A stretch of 64,000 nucleotides of DNA from the human T2T-CHM13v2.0 reference genome, Homo sapiens. The notes under the pieces were generated by a model. It did no database searches. It saw only the letters and a list, made by a program, of their open reading frames with translations, and was not told where the DNA came from. Made by a program: the position numbers and the translations under genes. Shown piece after piece: positions 56,076 to 64,000 of the stretch. The first letter of the stretch is position 1, and each line of letters opens with the position of its first letter. Location of the stretch: assembly GCF_009914755.1 (NCBI RefSeq), contig NC_060938.1. One strand, 5' to 3'.

Positions 56076-59000
56076 CATGCCATAGAGCCAGGAAAATCTC
56101 AATTCTTTCACAAAAACTAATGCAGAGAGGTCACAAAGGACCTTGAGACAGAGGGTTTGTAGAGGCTTTGGTACTGCCCATTAAAATGTATTGAGTCCTT
56201 TTGAGAACCATTATACTGGAAATTTGGAGACGCCTTTTCAATTTTTGGTTCCTTTTCTTCTCTTTCTGTTGCATTTTGCCAGTGCAGCATTCACTTTTAT
56301 TTCTTAAATAAATTGAAGATTTTTTTTTTAGAGTGTTAAGGAATTTAACCACATGGCTCCTATTAAGCCATCATTGCATACAGAAATTTGTTACAATCTT
56401 TCTCATGTGGATACTGCCACCTTCTCCTAAACTGCAGAGTATCTTGATGTGAGGTGTGTAAGAAATCTAAGACCTCCTCACTGGCCAATTTGTTGTCTTC
56501 ACAAATAGTTATTCTTTCAAATAGAATATTTCTTACTGTAGTTAAATTGTACTTCTTTAGGCTCCTTTGGAAAAAATTTACCCAGGACATACCAAACAAG
56601 GTAGGAAACCAAGGCATTGGCCATTGTTCAAGAGCAAACCAGGTCAGCACCAACAAAGTCGGGATTCATTTCTATTGAAACTGATCTCTGGGTACCACCC
56701 ACAGTTATTACAAACTGACTCAGCAAAAAAGGCCTGTGGCCATTCGAAAAGCAAATATTTTTGCTTTGGCTTTTATTTAATAAGTTTTCAAATGTGATTT
56801 TCTAGGCCCCTAATAGGCACACTTATCTTGTGAATATGGCAGATACTAGCACAGAGCCTGCAATGGGGGTTGTGATTGTCAAGGATCTGCTGCTTCTGGG
56901 TGCTTTGGGGTGGAATGTGGGTGGATGGAGTAAGGGCTTCTGTGACTGAGAACCACATTCCTCTCTGTCTGCAGGTGAGGACAGTTTGATTAGTTCTTAT
57001 AACATTTTTTTTTTTGCAAACTCAAAAATATCTACTAATACTTCTGATTTTCCACCTTAAAATATTGTTGTCGAAGGAATTAAGGAGTTCTGCAGCTCAA
57101 AAACAAAGTGTTCCCAAATTTACTTACCTTTTTGGTAAGCACATGTTAGGTTGGACCTGGGGAAATAAAACAGTTGTCTGTGTTGGGTCAGACACAGTGG
57201 TGATCCCAGGCAAAGGGTAGTCAGTGGGGAAATGAGATGAACAGTTTCCTTCCCTGAGGCCCCAAACCACTGTTTTGTAAAAGGAGCATTGGAAATCCTT
57301 CCCTCAACTGCACTTTTTTTTCCATAGGGCAAATGGACTAATGAATAAAGAACAATGGGCAGCAATTTAAACCTCTAGAAGAGCTGCAGAGAGTGAAAGT
57401 GTTTAGGAGGGAAGACAGAATGAGCCTGGCTTTGTTGCCCTTCACCCAGCTCCTGAAGCCCTAGTCTACAGCTAAATGCCTTCACGTCTGTGTGTCAAAT
57501 ATTCATCTGTAAAGAAGTGATAATGCCACTTACTTGGCTGGGCTATGGAGAAGATTAAAGAAAGTAATATATGTTAAGTGCCTAGCACAATGCCTGGGAG
57601 GGGTATAGCTTTTAAGGAGTTCAGAAAACCTTAATTCCCTCTTGCCTTTAAAACTCCATTTGTGAGGGTATATTCTAGAATTAGAAAGGGTACTTATTGC
57701 ACTAACTCGTTAAGAGATTGTTCATGGACTTGTTTATTTATATGCTGTGTTTTCTCTGATTAATAACCTACTTTGGAGCTCACCACGACCAAGCATGAGG
57801 TAAAATGATCTTCCTTTACTCAAAATGTGTGCTATATTTGAAATTCTGGCTGACCGTGGCCGCCTCAAAAACTCATGACCTCAGTTATCCGGGTTTCCTT
57901 CAGCTCTAGTGCTGTTTTAATTATAAGTATTTACTTTTTTTTGTTTTTCTTTCGTGGCAAGAGCTGTGTATTTCCATTACCATGGTTATCTTCTGATGCC
58001 TCAAAGTATTTGGCTGTTTTCCTTTATTTAGGCATAAAGGCAGAGACATTGTAATTTGTCCAAAAGTATTTGCTGTCTCCAAACAGTAGACAGAATGGCA
58101 TACATTTATGAAGTGCTAAACCATTACCATTGTTTTGTGTTTGGTGCTTGCAAACTGGGAGCTTTACATGTTATTAAAAGCTTTCAACACCTTCTTCTCC
58201 TCCTTTGAAAAATAATCAGCATATTGCTTGCCTCCAGCATTCTTTTAAGGAAAGCCAAAGACAGTGTTTTTCAATTTCCGAAAATCTAATTCCAAATGCA
58301 ATGGCAGTACACACTGGTTGGACCTTTTAGGGGTAAGTTAACAAGCTGTTTGTCCTATTTGTTTTCAAACCCATTTCAGATTTGCAGCTCTCCATATTAA
58401 AACTAGTTGCTTGTTTGGTGGTGGAAATATTCTATTGCATTGGAGAAAAGGTATTGTAGACACACCTTGAAAGTATTCCAAATGTACCTGAAAGAGCATT
58501 GACATTCAGCCATCAGAGGGGAGCAGAAATTCTGCTGGCAGACCCCAAATCTTTGACATGAAATTCACAAAATGTGCACACGTTTTGTATTTCTATTTAG
58601 AAAAAGTGGAAAGCCAGCTCTGCCCATGTGTGCTCCTGATCTTAAATACTGTTATTCTTCTAAATATAGTTCAGGACATTTGTCAGTGAACTGTGAAGCT
58701 ATTGTTAAAAATAAAATGGAAATTCAAACCTCAAAATAAACGATGAGCGATTTGTAATGCATTACCACTTGCGGTTTTCGCTTGGGGTTGGTAAATCTGA
58801 GGCCCATGGAATCCCATTTTGGGGGAACCCTATTTAAATACTGTAGTAAAAGGCTTTTGAATCTTATAATTCTGGTGGCTACTTTTGCATTTGAGTAGAA
58901 AACTACAAAGCTGGATTGATTTTTCAAAAATGTATTTTTATATTTTGTCAATATATATAAAAATGGAGGAGAGGAAGTGAAATGATTCATTTTAGATGAC

Positions 59001-59255
59001 AAATGAATCCATTTTCCCCTGCAGTGCTCTTACAAAATTCCTGTTGACATTCAAGTTAAGCACATGCATGAAGAGGAGAATTCTAGTCACAAGCTCACTG
59101 CTGCTGTCTCTAAAAGGAGATGCATGGATTTTTGTTAATTCCCTGCAGCCATGCTCCCTTTCAAGACTCTGTTTTCTAGGCAGTCTCCTCTCTTTTAGTC
59201 TGGCTATTAGCCTCTGAGGACTATGCCCTACCTTCCATGTGTGTTTTCCTGATTA

Positions 59256-59550
59256 TTATTTTTTTTTCTTTTGAGACAGGGTCTCACCGTGTTGCCCAGG
59301 TCAGAGTACAGTGGTGCCGTCATAGCTTGCTGTAATCTGGAACTCCTGGGCACAAGTGGTCCTCCTGCCTCAGTCTCTCGAGTAGCTAAGACTACAGGAG
59401 TGCAACACTGCACCTGGCTAAGGTTTTTTGTAGACATGGAGTCTCACAGTGTTGCCCAGGCTGGCCTCAAACTCCTGTCCTCAAGCGATCCTCTGGCCTT
59501 GGTCTCCCAAGGCACTGGGATTACAGGTGTGAGCTACCACACTAGGGCCT
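59256..59550 (-). mobile_element. Alu (AluJ)
   Basis: Diverged reverse Alu dimer. Confidence 0.93.
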
Positions 59551-59766
59551 GATTTACTTTTTTATTTTTTTTCACTGTCAATAGGACTTGCGCGAGAAGG
59601 TCGTGAGCAGACTTTGGCCTTTATTCAGGAAATGGCTATCACTGTCTCTGGAGATTGTGTCAAACTGAGTTGAGCAGGAAAGGGCCCAATGTTTCTAATG
59701 TTGCATCCACTGCCACCTTTTTGTTGTCACCTATGCACAAAAGGACACCCAGTTTGTTGTTTAAAG

Positions 59767-59919
59767 TATATATATATTTATATATATAAAAATATCTGTA
59801 TATATATATTTATATATATAAAAATATCTTTATATATAAAAATATCTTTATATATATTTATATATATTTATATATAAATATACGTATATATATTTATATA
59901 TTTTTTATGTATATATATA
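59767..59919. repeat. Complex (TA)n AT-rich repeat
   Basis: Read directly. Confidence 0.92.
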
Positions 59920-61983
59920 GGCACCTGTGTTTTAGCCCCTAGTTCTCCATGTAGACATTTAGAAATTTGCTAAATATTCTCCTGCAACAGTTTTTGTGTG
60001 ACTTGTGCCAGACCAAAAAAAATCACAGGCTCACTATATTAACTAGGCAGTGTAAAAGCATATTGCAAACATTATTATCAGAAGAGAACAACTTTGTAAG
60101 TCTATAATCATTTTGAATACTAATGGCAGCAATAACAATGGTAACTGATGGGTGATAAACCGAGGACGGATGGCTAAGTGCTGTCTCGGAGAAGTCAGCT
60201 TATAAATCAGAGGCAGAGCACAGGGAAGGAGGACAGGCCTGACCTCAGGACAAAGCTTTCAACCCTGACACAGGCAAAGAAAATAGTCATCGTAGCATCG
60301 TGGGGAGATACGGGTTGAGTGATATAATAAACCTCTTTTAAGGAACTTTCTGATTTTTTCCGCATATTTACTTTACGTACCTCAACCCAGGGGGCATTCT
60401 TTCACCAAAGGAGTATTGCTTCAAATTGAATAAATGCACACACAAAAAAATCACAGGCAGCTCTACTGGATGGTGAAATATGGCTGCCTTGTCATGAGAG
60501 GAGTTAACTGAGTCTCATTGAGACCTGGATGGCCATCCCTGCTCCTCAAACCAGAAGGCACTCCAAAGGCTGGAGATGTCTTGCAAACTTGGGAAATATT
60601 TGAGCAGCAGAAACACATCTCTCCCAGTTGGAGTCTCAACCTTCTGATCCACCCCAGCACCCCTGATAGAAATCAGCTTTGGGAAAACACTTTGAATTCT
60701 TGTTTTGAGACGACTGGTGTCTGCAGTGAATCTCTGTTCCTCTCCCACCCTCCCTTCTGGATAAGGTCCTCCTTTCTGCCAGCCCTGTTGGACTTTTGTT
60801 TCTCCTTCCCCCGGGAGCTGCCTTTGAAGTCAGTGGGAGCTGTGCAGTGGGCTGGTGAGAGTGGGAGGCTGGAGTGGGGGAACCAGGCCCAGATGCAATC
60901 TATGCTGCTTACTGGGATTATGGGTTTCTCCTTCTCCTTCCTTTTTATGTATTTATTTTTATTTTGAAATGTGTGTCTTCTCTTGGCTAAAATAAAGACC
61001 GGGGGAATTGGTCTGGCTTTAAAGAACCCTCTGGAGCCAGCTTATTCATACAGAGTTGACTGTGACAAGTAGCCGCCACCAAAGCCACAAGTACCAGGAT
61101 TTGGAAATTGGACATAAACCCATTTCATTTATGCTTAGGTTATTTGGGAGGGGTGGGGAAGGGCTGGAAAGTGTCGGAAAATTTATAAATGAATCCTGTT
61201 GTCCTCTCTTTTCTAGTATCTCGTTTTCCAGCCACTTGGAGCAAATTAATTTGCCTCTCAGAACCCCAATTTTCCGTATCTATAAAATGGAAATAAAATT
61301 CTTAGCCCATGGGGTTGTTTTGAAGATGCAAACACTGATATTCTTAAGCACTTTACATAGTTTCTGGTTCATTTTAACTGATTAATAATTTGAATTCTTT
61401 GTCATTATCAAGACTGTATTTATGAGATGGCAAGTTTCTACTGAATATGTAATAAGGGCTTACAGGGCAAAAATGACAGGGCTGTCTTTAAAAGCGATGC
61501 CACTGGGATACTAGTGAATACTTCTTTGTGAATATATCCACCAATACTCTAGATTGGGTCAGGGGTGGTCATTCCATGCACAGGGTATTAGAATTTTTTT
61601 TTTTTTTTTTTTTTTTTTTAAATAAGTGGTTATCCAAAGGGGTTGATGCCTGGGTCATTTGGAGATTTGTCCTTGAACATTCTCCAGTCTGGCTTGGGTT
61701 GTCTCAGTTTTGTCACTCAGATTTGCATCTTGTCTTTCTTTCTGTTTTTAGTTGCTTGGATTTCTCCCAAAGTATTTGTGGCTGAAATTCCTTTTGGACT
61801 CTGAGCTGCCTTTTTTACATAAGCTTTGGATTGGAATCAATAGAATGTCAAGATGCCAGGCACATTCAGCCTAATAGCAGGTGGGTGTCTGCTGGACAGT
61901 GTGCCTGGTTTGCCTGACAGTAGCAAATTTAGGCCAGAATTAATGAGCCAGGGAAGGTACTGTTGGTGTTGCAAGATTTTTGC

Positions 61984-62071
61984 AGTTTTCAGAAGTAATT
62001 TTGTTTTTCCTTTTTAATGGGATTTTCAGAAGTTTTCAGAAGTAATTTTGTTTCTCCTTTTTAATGGGATT
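61984..62071. repeat. Tandem duplication, 41-bp copies at 47-bp period
   Basis: AGTTTTCAGAAGTAATTTTGTTT(T/C)TCCTTTTTAATGGGATT at 61984-62024 and 62031-62071. Confidence 0.92.
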
Positions 62072-64000
62072 ACATTTGCAAAAGAAGTTTGTGTTCATAT
62101 ATGTGCGAGTGCATGCATGCCCCTTTATTATAATACCTTTATGATGGCATCGAGGCAATTTATTTTTAGAAAATAGCATTCACACATACCTAAAAATCTG
62201 GTTCATAAACCTTAATAGAGTTTCGTTAAAGTTAACGGTTTGTCTTAGTCTGTTTAATGTTCAAAGAGAAGAAAACACCCAAAAGTGGAGTGAATTGCTG
62301 AAGTTTCTTGTGTACACTTATTAGGACATATTCCTGCTATATGATGAGCTATCATCAGAAAACAGTCAGCAGAAGCCAGGTCATGTGGGCTGGTGAGGAA
62401 AGGAAATGGGTGTAGAGCAAGACGTTCCTGTGTTTCTAGCGGATTGAGAAAAATGCCTGCCTTTTGATTTTCTTTTTCCTCTGGGGTTTTACTTATATAT
62501 CAAGGAGTAAAAAAAGAAATCCCTCATTTATCTAGGTGCTTTTAAAGAATAAATGTGGAAATGCAAGTAAAGTACCTGGTGTACATCCTAGGCATTCCAA
62601 AAATAGTGGCGTTCTGGCTAATCCGAAGAGATTAGATGAGAAGTCCATAGTGATGATTCAGGTTTCTTTCATGTTTTATATATTAGCTGGCCTTTTTGTT
62701 TTTCTTATTCTTTATCTTGCAACAGGCATTCGCTTATTTCGGCTTTTAATTTCTAACATAAACTCAACTCTGAAACCCATGCCTTCTAATTGTTGACCAC
62801 AGATACCCTTGAAATTTGCGCGACCGCCCACAGTGGGATGGTATTAAAACATTCTGATCTAGATTTGGGCAGAGGATGAATAAAATGGAAATGAGGCTTA
62901 TGCAAATTAGCTTCCCATTTGTTTGAAGATGGTCGAGGGCAGCAGCAGTCCTTGAGTCTTCCAGATTTTAGAACAGAGCAAGCAGTGCTCTGAATGACAA
63001 GCCCTTGGCTTCACGTGGCTCATAACAGGATACCACTTACCCCCAGAGAAGACTGACCTCTATATTTAGTGGTCAAAGAAAGGAAAAGAATTGTTGGATG
63101 CTACCATTGAGTCCTAGTTCAAACAGTTTAGAAAACTACCACATCTCCACTTCTTGGAGCAATATGGCGGTTGTTCCCTTCCCCTAGGTTCACAGCCTGA
63201 GTCTTCATGGGCCTTCATAGCACAAGTAAAAGAATATTAATGTTAGAAGTTGACTCCAGAATGGAGACTTCCATTTTCTTCTGGAATAAAAGATTAAATT
63301 ATCTCTATAAAGTAGTAACATTATATACATTCTTACAAAGTTTGTTTTACAGTATTATTTTAAATTTATAGAAATGGATTGTATATAATGAAATTATTTA
63401 TTTTTATTCAGGGAAAATGTGTATTTATTTATGGGGCTTATGAGATTGGTGCCCCAAAGTTCTTGACCCACGTTTCATTTGAGTAAAGCTTGGTGTAAGG
63501 TTTGGAATCATTTTGTAGTGTTATTTCTTAAGATCTTTCCACCCACAGTTAGGACATGTGACACATGTGATTCTATGTCATTTCATTTCAACTTGGGTCT
63601 TACTTAGCCTTTGAAAGGATGAAATCCTGACTCTGGTTGACAGCTGTGTCTGTAAACATGAATGCAGTTTGGTATTAACTTTTATCTTTCCATACAGTGA
63701 GGGGCATGGAACAGTACCACTAACAATGGGAGGTGCTTACATAATGTTAACTACCACTCTACAATCTGTGTGATATAGGAGGTTGAATCCATATGTAGAT
63801 CCTGCTCTTAGATCCTGTAGATTGATGGTAAAGCAAAAACAAATGGAGCGTTGATAGAATTCTGTTGAGTAGCCATATGAGCATTATTCTGATACGTATG
63901 AAATACAACCTTGTGATTATATGATATATGTGTTTGTATATGCATGCAGGGTGTAGTTGTGGTTTGTTTCAATTTAGGAACCTCTGTGAAAGTGACGGAA

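Noticed and set aside
63551-63570. p53-like GGACATGTGACACATGTGA
   Set aside because: Half-site spacing is off by one and the flanks mismatch RRRCWWGYYY.

Overview
Human (primate) genomic DNA with no protein-coding exon I can support. The centre is a ~5.5 kb CpG island (~10950-16500) holding two non-coding first exons on the + strand (donors at 12180 and 15638), followed by >48 kb of one long first intron. From memory of the 5' UTR (AGTTGTACGTTCGAAACC...GCAGCCGTCAG|GT), I identify the gene as FLRT2 (chr14q31), whose coding exon lies downstream of the window; this was not verified by a search. Upstream are minus-strand splice signals compatible with a divergent antisense lncRNA and possibly decayed coding exons. 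The rest is ordinary repeat landscape: Alus, L1M, MIR/L2, MER4A, MER50, THE1/MST LTRs, MER30, MER5, MER53. Best leads: (1) a roughly 8-kb ladder of polypyrimidine-YAG|GTRAG sites resembling recursive-splicing ratchet points; (2) a ~140-bp inverted duplication inserted into a MER5 element with microhomologies, able to form intronic dsRNA; (3) a 23-bp minisatellite that multiplies STAT6-type TTC-N4-GAA and ETS motifs; (4) a chain of cryptic exons ending at an intronic poly(A) site; (5) a uORF relay and a hairpin around the exon-1 donor; (6) a dense GATA cluster; (7) a direct-repeat-flanked unique segment that may be an orphan retroinsertion. All are sequence-based hypotheses, not demonstrated systems.
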